A stretch of DNA of 58,656 nt from Girardia tigrina. Its lineage: Eukaryota. Both the position numbers and the translations under genes were made by a program. Shown one piece after another: positions 24,701 through 34,900 of this stretch. Position 1 is the first letter of the stretch; every line of letters starts with the position of its first letter. The notes beneath the pieces were generated by a model that saw nothing but the letters and a program-made list of their open reading frames with translations, searched no databases and was not told the DNA's origin. The DNA lies in the NCBI GenBank assembly GCA_001938485.1, contig MQRK01230279.1, positions 26,824-85,479 on the forward strand. Reading direction: 5' to 3'.

Positions 24701-26886
24701 AATTAATCGGTTTGTAATAAAACTTGATTTCTTAGAAGAGAAAATTTAAGACATTGTTTATTTAATAATTAAAATACTTTATTTAAACAATTAACAAAAC
24801 CAAGCTCAATAGATAATTAATATTCAAACAAACAACTAATAATAGTAAAATTCACACGTTGTACAATTATTTGACCGGTAAAAATTACAAATTGGTATCT
24901 AAAAATTTCTCTTAGCAAAATCAAAGGCTTTATTTTAATTTATATTATAAAAAATCTAAAGCCCTTTCTTTATAAAATACCTTTAAAAATAAACAATATT
25001 TCTTGTTGAAATAAATAATTAAAAAAAACGAGAATGTGGTGGCACACAACATCTATGTTTAGCAACGTTTCTTTGAATTTAATCAGGTGGCGAGCTTTCA
25101 GTTGCGCAATAATTGTGCCCATTCGACTCGTTGAAGGGTCACTGAACACAGCAGAATATTACTCAATTCAGCACGATAAAGTTCTTCCTAACATAAATAC
25201 ATAATTTTTCAGCAGGACAATGCACCCGCACATAAGTACAGGCTTACATGACAATGGTTTGCTCAACATGGAGTAAATGTCATAGAATGACAAGCTCAAA
25301 ACCCTGACCTCAGCCATATGGAAAAGCTTATCAGTATTAAATGGTCGTTTGGAAAGAAAAGAGAAGATATGCCATTGAAGAATGGCATAATTCATTCAGA
25401 AATATTTTTGATATTTTTTTCTTGGTTTTAACGTGCCACGGTCGAATATGTATCACAGGTCACTAAAAATCATGGTGTTCCTATAGTCTATTTATGTTCT
25501 TTGTTTATTCTATTACTTGATTGGTCAGTTTTATATCATTAACAACACCAATTAAAGTAATTGTTTAGCGTAAAATATTCATTTATGTTTAAAATCATGT
25601 TTTCTATCGGTGTTACGTTTACTCTTTGTCTTCCTTGCATTGTTTATGTTGATTTTTTTGTGTATGTTGATTTGGAAATGTGTCTCTCCTACCGAGATGG
25701 ATGATTAATATTTTAATTCTTATTATCTAAAAATATTTAATGTTTAAATTTATTTTTAATTTCAAATAATTTTAAAATTTTAAATAAGTTTATTATTTTT
25801 TATAATATTTAATAAATAAATCAAATTAATATTTTTTAAATAATTAATTATCATTTTAATTATTATCCAATAAGTTTTGAGTGAATATTTTATTTAAATA
25901 TTTATTTCCTCATTTGCTAAAAAAATAATGAGAATTAATTCACTAATCAACTTCGCTTTGAATGCAAATCTACGAAAGTTTAAACAAAGATTGACTTAAG
26001 GACAATCAAAATTGTTGTTAAAATAAAAATATAAAAAGTTGATTCATTTATTTCTGCTCGAGATTTTATTGAATTTATTAGTGCTCATTGAAGTTGCGGT
26101 TCATTGAAGATCGTCGTTATAAAATTGTCTGACTTGCAAAGACTTGGTAATGAACTGTTTAGCGTAGTCTTTAAATAGGAACAGTTTACAATTAAAAATA
26201 AATTAAAGTTTTTTGCCTGATAGATGGTCCAATTTTGTATTTAAATTTAAATAATCAATTTTTAATAATCCAAGTTAAGAAGAGAAATCGTATTAGAACT
26301 TTGGCAAATGCTCTGTCAGGTCGCTCAGAGGTTGTAAAGAAAAAATATTTATCATTGAGTGAGGCTATTGCAATGGCTGTGCAAGATTACAATTTGAATG
26401 TATCGAATGTTGATAAACTGGAATACTTGCATAGCCCAGCTAATTTTCAATGAATAAAATGTTAAAAATTAACTTTTACTGTGTCGAATGAAAAATATAT
26501 TGAATTAAAAAATTTGTGTCGAATTGTCTGGTTACCAATGGAACACATGGACCTAGATCAATGAATATTTGAGAATAGTTAATTTTTATCGATTATTTAA
26601 TTCATGAAGATTAATAAGTAAATGTTTTTTCAGTGTGGATTTTCTATCATTATTTTATAAAGAGCAAGTTATTTTTTGATAATATTAGGTCGACCTGGTC
26701 GTTATTGAAGGCATGGCTCGCGCCATCCATACGAATCTTTTGGCCGAGTTCAGTTGCGATTCACTGAAGATAGCAGTCATCAAAAATGCCTGGCTGGCCA
26801 ACAGACTCGGTGGCGAACTATTTAGTGTAGTGTTTAAATATGAACAGTTTGCAATGAAAGATAAATTAAAATTTCCTTGTACTTGA
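267..26886 (+). CDS. PANK4: Pantothenate kinase 4 (PanK C-terminal half + DUF89/ARMT1-like phosphatase), 5'-partial, 9 exons
   Basis: Hand-spliced GT-AG exons 267-474, 9104-9203, 11200-11444, 11491-11728, 15180-15401, 19144-19347, 21183-21375, 21432-21622, 26689-26886 with matching phases. Motifs [93 protein letters not shown] match PANK4. Confidence 0.95.
1216..3541 (+). mobile_element. Tigger1-like pogo DNA transposon, full length with internal assembly gap
   Basis: TIR CAGGTAGTCGTCGACTTACGACC at both ends, TA TSD, subterminal ACTTACGACC repeats. Confidence 0.95.
1575..3312 (+). CDS. Tigger/TIGD1-like transposase (HTH_psq, CENP-B HTH, DDE_1), interrupted by N gap
   Basis: [42 protein letters not shown]; C-terminus MDPNIERF...QTKL...QPST after the gap. 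Confidence 0.9.
4400..5800 (-). pseudogene. Degenerate mariner transposase remnant split by a MITE
   Basis: Minus-strand pieces [36 protein letters not shown] with stops and frameshifts. Confidence 0.7.
5087..5690. mobile_element. Mutator/foldback-like MITE with modular long TIRs
   Basis: ~150-180 nt inverted arms built of ~15-nt CATGACA(C/T)TTCA(T/G)CA units; 9-bp degenerate TSD acttcaacg/aattcgacg (7/9). Confidence 0.75.
6816..6852. repeat. (TA)n microsatellite
   Basis: Direct. Confidence 0.9.
8081..8336 (+). pseudogene. 18S rRNA gene fragment (degenerate)
   Basis: Colinear with SSU conserved blocks: gttaattcc..taac.aacgagactct, gacttcttaga, gagcaataaca.gtctgtgat.cccttagatg.ccggg. Confidence 0.85.
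9104..9203 (+). CDS. PANK4: PANK4 exon (NIGQLSYL...[14 protein letters not shown])
   Basis: ttttag/gtaaat; FGGFF motif. Confidence 0.92.
9500..10020 (+). repeat. Dispersed ~500-bp repeat, copy 1 (possible solo LTR)
   Basis: tccatctg..ggaga.aca..cc.aaa.caaca.acaa...caaatatt shared with 20228-20330 and, inverted, 25660-25740. Confidence 0.55.
11200..11444 (+). CDS. PANK4: PANK4 exon ([11 protein letters not shown]...[17 protein letters not shown]...SWLENYAGS)
   Basis: Not in the ORF track; translated by hand; PanK C-terminal HEGY.GA.GA motif. Confidence 0.9.
11491..11728 (+). CDS. PANK4: PANK4 exon (linker...[23 protein letters not shown])
   Basis: Follows a 46-nt GT-AG intron; Y.PD..DLT.D..AR.YWL.CF is the PANK4 DUF89 start. 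Confidence 0.88.
11812..12036. mobile_element. Tc1/mariner-derived MITE
   Basis: TIR tggcaataaagtcactatacagtt / aaccgtataatgactttattgcca, TA flanks. Confidence 0.75.
12880..13290 (-). mobile_element. Penelope-like element 3' end (GIY-YIG endonuclease remnant + pseudo-LTR)
   Basis: [19 protein letters not shown]...SNIAGH...FKIL...EALLIK; downstream hammerhead motif. Confidence 0.85.
12907..12943 (-). ncRNA. Minimal type I hammerhead ribozyme (Penelope)
   Basis: GC-CUGAAGA-U-GGUGGA-AAA-UCCACC-GAAA-UAUAUU-GC: intact core, perfect 6-bp stem II, palindromic stem III. Confidence 0.75.
13762..14788. mobile_element. LTR-like segment (~1.0 kb)
   Basis: Bounded by TGTAATG...CATTACA; GC-richer than flanks; no TSD; adjacent 13300-13760 may be internal sequence. 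Confidence 0.45.
15180..15401 (+). CDS. PANK4: PANK4 exon (GNVPIETV...[11 protein letters not shown]...[10 protein letters not shown])
   Basis: tatag/gttaat; LTVR.LLD and F.DPY motifs. Confidence 0.9.
17052..18604. mobile_element. MITE (TACCGTA-type TIR) hosting the mariner
   Basis: tactatcttacctaaaaaacgcctagg ... cctaggtgttgttttgaggtaatacggta. Confidence 0.5.
17189..18455 (+). mobile_element. Mariner (Mos1/mauritiana-like), full length, inactivated
   Basis: TIR TTAGGTGTATAACTTAGTTTTTTGGATTTT at both ends, TA TSD; ORFs 17362-17718 and 17788-18324 with [33 protein letters not shown]; stops, deletion and frameshift. Confidence 0.95.
19144..19347 (+). CDS. PANK4: PANK4 exon (KENEFAM...[15 protein letters not shown]...KLQ)
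   Basis: ttcag/gtatag; [11 protein letters not shown]89 motif. Confidence 0.93.
19820..20330 (+). repeat. Dispersed repeat, copy 2
   Basis: Similar to 9500-10020; ends ...attcctgaca. Confidence 0.55.
21183..21375 (+). CDS. PANK4: PANK4 exon ([10 protein letters not shown]...IFCDNSGFD...TLTANT)
   Basis: DNSG metal-binding motif of DUF89. Confidence 0.93.
21432..21622 (+). CDS. PANK4: PANK4 exon (EPSINDVT...SPCLDLR...ESSK)
   Basis: After a 56-nt intron; NDVT and SPCLDL motifs. Confidence 0.92.
21712..21752. repeat. (TA)n microsatellite
   Basis: Direct. Confidence 0.9.
22608..23887 (+). mobile_element. Mariner (cecropia/Hsmar1-like), full length with internal gap
   Basis: TIR TTAGGTTAGTCGAAAAATAATGGCG / CGCCATTATTTTTCGACAAATCTAA, TA TSD; [47 protein letters not shown]; stop and frameshift present. 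Confidence 0.93.
25085..25490 (+). pseudogene. Tc1 transposase fragment
   Basis: FQQDNAPAH...[19 protein letters not shown]. Confidence 0.75.
25630..25900 (-). repeat. Dispersed repeat, copy 3 (inverted)
   Basis: gttgatttggaaatgtgtctctcct...gatggatgattaatattttaattctta approximates the reverse complement of 20218-20280. Confidence 0.55.
26090..26537 (+). mobile_element. Mutator-like 3' remnant
   Basis: C-terminal LEYL... and end tgtgtcgaattgtctggttacc. Confidence 0.4.
26689..26886 (+). CDS. PANK4: PANK4 terminal exon ([16 protein letters not shown]...SVVFKYE...stop)
   Basis: attag acceptor; EGM.RA.HTN and KNAWLA.RLGG motifs; TGA at 26884-26886. Confidence 0.93.
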   Translation, partial: VDLVVIEGMARAIHTNLLAEFSCDSLKIAVIKNAWLANRLGGELFSVVFKYEQFAMKDKLKFPCT

Positions 26887-26913
26887 TAGATGGTCCTATA
26901 TTTATATTTTTGT

Positions 26914-26919
26914 AATAAA
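26914..26919 (+). promoter_or_regulatory. Putative polyadenylation signal of PANK4
   Basis: AATAAA ~28 nt after the stop codon (common by chance in AT-rich DNA). Confidence 0.5.
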
Positions 26920-27235
26920 CAATGAATTTTTATTAATTGTCTGTTTCAAAAAATCTTTGTGCCATATCATAGGCCTCTTGGCATGACTTCAATATCAAAA
27001 CAAAAGAAATAGTTTACAATTTAGAATACAAAATTATAATGTCAATCGCCAGTTTAACTGGAACTGTTATTAAAACTGTTTATGGGTCAAAATTGATAAG
27101 AAGATTATTATTTAAGGATTAGTAGTAGTGGGAATCTTATTGTGACAATGTAGGATTTGTTGCGAGTTTGGATTCTGGATCGAGGAAGTTGGTTGAATAT
27201 GGAATATTTGATAATTATTTGATTGAATGTTAATA

Positions 27236-28850
27236 TAGAGTGCTTCGATCTTTAAAACTGTTGCAATCATTATTAAACTTCAACAATTAATTTTCAAAAT
27301 ATAAAAGAAATAAAAAATCATTATTCTTCGCGAAGTGGATTTTGCTGTAGTTACTCCTCCGAAAAAAGCTAGGCCATCGATTGGAACCTCTTCATGTGTT
27401 TTTGTTCCAGCTGCAAGAAGCAGAAATATTTCAGTTGTGACCGCAATGAACAAATATGGAATGATATGTAACATAATATTCAATTTTGCTGTAACTGGAT
27501 AAGATTTTAAGTTATGCCTGATTGATATTGTAAAAGGAAACAATCTCAAAAATTCATAATAATTGAAAGTGCTTTCTTTAACAAATATATTGATAATTCA
27601 TAACTATAACGGAAAGATGTAAAAGAAAAGAAATTTTTCTCGATCACAACAACCAGAAACAGGTCGATTGGTTTTTGAAATAAATACACGTTACTTGCTT
27701 TATTTTTCGTTAGAACTAAATTGTTAGGTTATTGCCTTTCTCAGATCGTCTTGATTATTAACGTCTCCAATTACAGATTTGATTTTTTTATTATTGACTG
27801 GTTGTAAATTGAAGGGATTGGTTGAGGAAAGACGGAATAGTTATAGTTTACAATTATTATTTAATTTTCGACTTTGATGGAATAAAACGGAATTGTTTAA
27901 TTATTATCTCTTTCGGATCTCCTGGTTGTTCTTCGGAACTTTCTTTTACTGATTGGAAATTGAGGGAATTAGCTAAGGAAATGGTGAAGTGATGATGGTT
28001 TTTAGGAAACTTCTTATTCTTTTAATTAAAATCCAAATTTGTCGATCAATTTTTTATTGATTTTTATTATTATTTATAGTTCCATCCAAATTTATTTACA
28101 GATATCTAGGCAAAATGTGTGTCTATGGATATTCCTTCCATGTTTCAATAATGGAATATGCCAGCATTCCATCATTATTAAAGATTGAAAAAAACTATAC
28201 AAAATTTAAATATTGATATTGAGTACTTAGTTTCGATAGAAAATGCATTTTAGGTTTGGAAAAACTTAATTCTATGTGCACAAGTTAAATCTGAAGTAGA
28301 ATAAAAGCGAGAAATTATTGACAACTTTGATCAAATAACAGTGCATCATTTTGAATCTTTTTACCGAAAAATGTTACCCTATATTGTTAAGTGTGAACTG
28401 TGACAAGATGTAATGGAATAAATTTTATGTGACAATTATTGTCTTTTATGTTTCATATCGTTACCTTTCATTGTATTTAATATTTACAGTTTATATCATC
28501 TTATGTTTCAATTAAAAAAGACAAATGCGCATTAAAAATACATGCAAGAAATGTGTTTCTAAACTATATCTATAAAAATCAATTGATTATAAATTCTTTA
28601 AAAAATATATACATAGAGTATCAAAATTAAAGTTTCCTTGAAATTTTTATTTGATTTTTTTAATTTTGAGTTTTCACATTTTTATTTAATTTTCTATCAT
28701 CATAAATTATTTATTATCGAGTATTTCGAAAATTAATTGTTGAAGTTTATTAATTATTAAGATATTTTTAAAGATTGCAACAGTTTTATTAATGAATGCT
28801 ACAGTTTTAGTAATGGTTGCAAGACTTTTATCAAAGATCGAAAACCCCTA
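27236..28850 (+). mobile_element. Degenerate Tc1/IS630-like element
   Basis: TIR tagagtgcttcgatctttaa / aaagatcgaaaaccccta with TA; RNISVVTAMNKYG and WKNLI...RKMLPYIVKC remnants. Confidence 0.6.
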
Positions 28851-29893
28851 TAATTCGATGGTGGGGAATAGAATAAGAAAATCTTATTTTAATCAAGACC
28901 TTTGTCAGTAATTTAGATTTTTAGCAAATTTTGTATTAAAAAATTTATCTTTTTGATATTATTACATATCGATATTTTTTTAATTTAACAATTTTTTATT
29001 GTTCATTAATCGTAAAAAATAATTTTTCTGTTCTGATTTTCTTTCTTTCTTCAAATCGTTCATACAGCAATAATGGAAAGAAATATAACCGATCTTTTCA
29101 TAAAATGTCGTTTCAAATTAATTTTCATATCTTCGATTATTTTAAATTAAATATCGGAATAGATAAAATATAAAATTGCTGGAAGAATATATGTGTTCTA
29201 GGTAATCATTGTAGAGATTCATTAATATCATGTATGATAAAAAATCAAAATTATCAATTCATAAACAACAAGTGACTATGCCAAATAAAAATATTCTTTG
29301 CACAAATATGTAAATAACAATAATAATTTTACAGTGTCGTTCCTCTAATATTATTTAAGTTTAATGCCAAAGAATGAACGTAACGGTTAAGAAATAGATA
29401 ATTTGTCAAACTACAAGAGGATTAGTCTTTTGGCTTTGAAAGCATTGATATATGAAAGCTTTGAAAAACCGCAATTTATTTTACTTAATTTTGTCGAGAA
29501 TATTTGTTCAGTTAGATATTTAGGGCCACATAATGTGCGCAATGTTGAAACCATCTCTGATATGAATCAAGTCAACACTCTGGCGTGGAGTGGAAGTTTG
29601 CAGATCGATATACACACATGAACTTCGCAATGGTTCAATTAGATATTTTGCCGAGAATTCCATTACAAAATATAATAAGAACAGTCCAACATATGCTTGT
29701 TATTTCTAAAATAGGAGAAAATTCTAAAACTATTGGACTAGCGGGATACCATAGATCGAATTCTACATCAATGCAACATATCAAAGTTCAACTGAACAAT
29801 AATCGTTTGAAAATATTTATAAGCGGAAATTATTACTAAATGGACAATTCCAGTACTCCAAGATAGACCACAATGGTGGGCCTCCCATATCTT

Positions 29894-30560
29894 TCAATGG
29901 TATTGAGCCGTAGGCTCTTTAGAGGGTCCACCCCAACTAAAAATCACTAGCAGCCCCCCCGATAGGCCTCCTACGAGGTTGTCAGCTTTCCGCTTACGAT
30001 ATCTCTTCGAACCCCCAGTAAAAAACGACCAATCATGTTCGGATGTTTCATGATTTAGCTTTCCTTTGACCGTTCCTGTGGACTTTGAATAGCCAGCGAA
30101 AGGACAGTTGAAATTTACTTTTTCAGATAAATCTGTTAAACGGAAATTTAACACTTCTAAGGAGATCTTTTCCGAGAGATTCGTTGAAACATTCGTATCA
30201 ACGGTACGTACCTGAATACAGCTTGTAATTGTTGGGTTGTCTTCCTTCGCCGATTAATTTTACCCTACCACACAAATCGCCATCATAACAGTCACCTGCT
30301 TTTCTTCTTTGATGCTTCTGATGGATTTGATTAGATTGATTTGCTTCTTCCGTGTGATCTGTTTTATAGTGTCTTGTCAGCCACACCATTGATGCATAGC
30401 TCCTGGAGCAGTACTGACATGGATAAAGTTTCTGCTTGTTCAGTGCCGTTTCATGATCTATTTTAATGTCTATTGAGCTCCTTTTGATCTGCAAAGGCCT
30501 TCTTGCAAAGATCGTAGTGACGTTGGACCATTTTCATTCTCGGTTTGATCAGTTTCTGAA
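29894..30560 (-). mobile_element. 5' fragment of a zinc-finger non-LTR retrotransposon (R2/NeSL-like)
   Basis: C2H2 fingers YPCQYCSRSYASMVWLTRHYKTDH, degenerate CKKAFADQKELNRH and CPFAG..LNH..SEH. Confidence 0.5.
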
Positions 30561-31039
30561 GATCTTTGGTCTTCCTCCCTGTTGTGTACCACAACAATTA
30601 TGTTTATGGAAATCATAAAAAAATATGACAAAAATTTTAATTCGCTATTTATTTGTAAAAGTAATTTTTTGATGAAAAATTTATTAAAAATAATTGTAAA
30701 GATTTGTTTGAATAGATTGTACAAAATAACAAATAAAAATTTTTGCGGAAATTCGATTTTTGATTTGTTCAGACATGATTGAGTTAAATTATCGAATAAA
30801 TGTATTCTTTGCGTCCTTCGCAACGGTTTTGGCAAACCTGGCATTCGTGACAGTTTTTGATTCGTTTTTGATAATGCGTCAGAGTGAGTTCAAAGTCAGT
30901 ATCGATCGATTAATATTCACCGAAACAACGGATTTGTCGATCGTGGATATTTTGTGTGATCTGTTTTTTATAACGACGATATTGCCAGTCGATTTAACTC
31001 GATTTCAGATGCTTGACATCGAACTGCCTTTTACTAAAT

Positions 31040-34000
31040 TATTTCCTGAAGTTTGGAGTGAAATACGGGGAATCGGTCGTTCGAATTCTAATACGATTTT
31101 TCCACTGGCATTTATTTTTGTTCAGACTAATTGGGAGCCAGAAACGTATCTAGTTTGGAAAAAGTTAGTTAGAGTAAGAGTATTAGTGAAGTGCTTTATT
31201 CAGAATTGCCAAAGGAAGGGAGTTTTCACCGAACAAGTTGCGTTTGGCAGAAGAAGAAGTTATCCGAAGTGATCAAAAAGTGATATTTGTCAATGAAATA
31301 GAAGACGTTCGTAAGAAGATATCCCATTCATTGAACATCAAGGACTAAAACAGAATCAGAACTTAGTAGTAAACTTTGAATGGCTACCATAAGAGTCTCG
31401 TTGTCCGAATATATTATTTGGTTGGAGTTGGTTTACTGCGCTCATAGTTAAAAGCCAGTATGACCAACAACGACATTATGGTAGCGATAGTTATCTATTG
31501 GGAGAGCTAATTAAAAAATTCAGGAGAGAGAAGGTTAATCCATAAGATCAAGAAAGAGTTTTTGCAATGTCAAAAACAACGAATGACAGGAACGCAACAA
31601 TTAATGTTCCTAATCCCTCGATTTGAAGTAGCAGAAAAAATGTGAGCCTTCGTCAAGATATGAATCGACTATGCTGCACTGTTTATGACAAAGCAAGAGT
31701 GGTGGATAATAAAAAAAAGATGTATACAGTCGAACCTCTATTTAACGAAGTCTCCAATTAACGAAGCAAATTTTTTCTCCCGAGCAAAAAGGCTGAAATC
31801 CTCATATATTTCTCATATGAGAAATTTTATCGAAACCTATATTGAATAAAGGATTTTTCCTGTACAAACGAAGAATTTTAGCTTTAATTTTATCTCTATA
31901 GCAAAATCAATGCTGCTTAGTCTAAAAAGTAAAGAGTGGGAACACATAAACATAGCTCATTTGATGAACCGTTGATAGATTTCATTTTGTACGTAAAATA
32001 AAAGGATTAGATAATAATAATATAATAATATAAACCTTTGTACATTTATGCTCAGATAAATTTGTTGTGTTTGTGTAGGTGTGAATAAAGAGGATACTCA
32101 TTTTTGTGGATAAAAGTTTGTTAATCGAATTATATTTTCTTGTATCATGTGTGTTTGTTGTCGAGTCTGAGTGTGTTCGTTTGTGTGTGCTTACCAGAGT
32201 ATATATATTACTGGCGTAAACAGTAGTTCACAATTATTCTCTGCTACATATTTATCATCAACGTAAATCCTTTCTAAAGCTTTGTATCTATTCCTACATA
32301 ACGAAACAAAAGCGGAAGATACTCTCTTTGAAAGACAATATCAACATTGTAATTGATGTAGATAATGCTAGTAAGAGAAAAGTTGACATTGCTTCGATAT
32401 ATGGTATAACAACAAGCAGTCTATCGACGATTATATCGCAACGTGAAAAGTTACAGGCGCAGTGGTCCCAAACATCTGGGGACTCAGAGTTAAAGCGTTT
32501 TAAAAGGTAACTAGTGATGACTTGGAACAAGCTCTCCTTTTGTGGTTTACACAGCAGCGTTCCACAAATGTTCCAGTCAATGGACCACTTCTCGCAGTAA
32601 AGACAAAACAATTTGCTGAAAGTCTTGGTATGAAAGAATTCAAAAGAAGTAATGGATACATCTAGAAGCTTCAAAGGAGATACGGGCTAGTTTTCAAAGC
32701 CATGTGTGGAGAATCAACATCAACAGATTCACCGGCTGCTGAAACCTGGGTTAAGAACATCATTCTATCTTATCTACATCGCTATTCGCATTAAGAAGTA
32801 TACAATGCTGATGAAATAAGTCTCTTCTACGAACTACTACGATCCCACACTCTTGCCTTCAAAGGAAAAACATATTCTGGTGGAAAGAAAAGCAAGGTTC
32901 GTATAACAGCGCTAGTCTGTACAAACATGAGTGGAACAGATAAGCGAAAGTTATTGGTGATTTGTAAAAGTCAAAATCCTCGAGGCTTCAAAAATTGGTA
33001 AAAGTCACAGTTACCTGATGACTACAAATTTAACAAACGAGCTTGGATCACTTCGTTAATCTGGACTGAGTGGTTGCACAAGTTTGATCAAAAGATGAAT
33101 ACATCTAACCTCAAAGTTCTTATTATTGTAGACAATTGTAGCAGTCACTGTATACCAATGGGACTTGCATCTGTGGAACTGGTGTATCTTCCACCCAACA
33201 CCACCTCAAAAATCCAACCCTGCGATCAAGGCATTATTCACTCACTGAAAATACATTATCGTCGTCGCCTACTTAATCGCCTTCTGCTATGGATGGATGC
33301 ACAGGAGGATTATCTACAGTTCAAGGTTAGTATCCTTGACGCTATACAATTATGCAGCCGAGTATGAAATGATGTGTCATTAACAACAGTAGTAAACTGC
33401 TTCAGACATGCAGGTTTTGTTTTTCATATCACTAGTGATTCACTTGAAAATTCGGAAATTATTGGTAGCGACAAGGTGCGCAACCTTTTTGACTACTTTC
33501 GTAGTGCATTTCAATCAGTCATTAATGGTGTTTCTAGCGAAGACTACGTCAACGTGGACGAAATGGCTCTCACCGAGGAAATAATTACTGACGAGAACAT
33601 TCTTAAACAAGTAAGTGTTGTAATTCATACATTAACTTTCCATTTACCTTTCACGTGTATTTTTACGATTGCATCAGGCACACTCAATAAAGGAGTTTGT
33701 TAATGAGTCGGACGACGAATGTGTTGATATGATGAATGTCGAATATCCTCCTATTATTCTGGCTTCGGCAATTGACATTATTAATATTCTGCGTTTCTTT
33801 TGCAACCAACACGGGATTGATAGCCTACAAATTGATGAACTTGAACAAATTATTGGTCAAAAACGTGTAACTTTTAAGCATCAGACAAAAATCACAGATT
33901 TTTTCTCATGATGACATCGTATAACATTTAATCTCCCCTTCATTCTGATCAGTACTTGTGCTGCTACTGTTAAATATATAATTCACAAAACCTTCTCTAC

Positions 34001-34900
34001 TGCAATTGCTATAAATGGTTCCGAACATCACGGAAAAGCAATTTTATCACTACGAGAACATGAAATTTAATTAATCTATATTAATCAGCCATCAACCTGG
34101 CCACTGTTATCGCATATAAATAAAGAATTACCTCTATTTAACGATACCTCCATTTAACGAAGTATTTTTTGGTCCCTTCCACTTCGTTATATAGAGGTTC
34201 GACTGTATGTGTACATTTACGGATCTTCAAACCAAAATGGTCTATCTGGATATGGCGTGGACCTTAGATACAGATTCATTCGTTAGAACGCTACAAAGAT
34301 TCATCACTTGCATTGAGATTTACAACGGTTCTAATTGCCTCGGAGCAACAAGAGATCTCACGAATATACAAGTTGACAACTACATTATTAAGAAGGAGCT
34401 CAATGTCGAAAAGATCTCGTGTATCTTCAATCCTTCAGAAACACAGTATTTCGGTGGGATTTTTGAAGGGCTGACCCGGGATGCCAAGAAAGCGTTGATT
34501 AGCATTCTTGGAGAAGCAAAGGTGACAAGTGAGAAGTTGTTATCCACATTTATCGATTTTGAAGTTTTATTCACCGTTAGGCCGTTAACGGTTTTGTAGG
34601 AAGGAGACGAAAGAGAGGAAGTTTTGACACTGAATCACTTTATCAGATCAAGGTTTATAGAAGAGGGATGCACGGAAGAATTTACATCAGGCAGCACTGT
34701 GTTGAGGAGATGATGTAGATGGATACAAGAATTATCGGAACATTGGTAGAAGCATGGGCGAAGCGAAATTATCCCTAACGAGAAGACGGGACCGAGTAAG
34801 GAAAATGGATCTTTGGATGGGTGGTCAAGCTGTTTCCTGGATTGGATGGGAGGTCAAGAATAATGCTGGTGAAGGCTGTTGCTGAGAAATTTTCAAATTT
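31040..34900 (+). mobile_element. BEL/Pao LTR retrotransposon integrase remnant (interrupted by a Tigger); putative 3' LTR starts TGTTG at 34877
   Basis: WKKLVRV, FTDLQTKMVYLD...LDTDSF..LQRFI, FNPS...FGGIFEGL.R..KKAL, RPLT, VLTLNHF; the reading frame continues across the Tigger. Confidence 0.8.
31727..34205 (+). mobile_element. Tigger/pogo (TIGD4/6-like) DNA transposon, inactivated
   Basis: TIR CAGTCGAACCTCTAT(T/A)TAACGAAGT both ends, TA TSD; YNADE, NMSGTDKRKLLVI, VDNCSSH, LPPNTTSKIQPCDQGII, QTKITDFFS; several stops. Confidence 0.93.
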
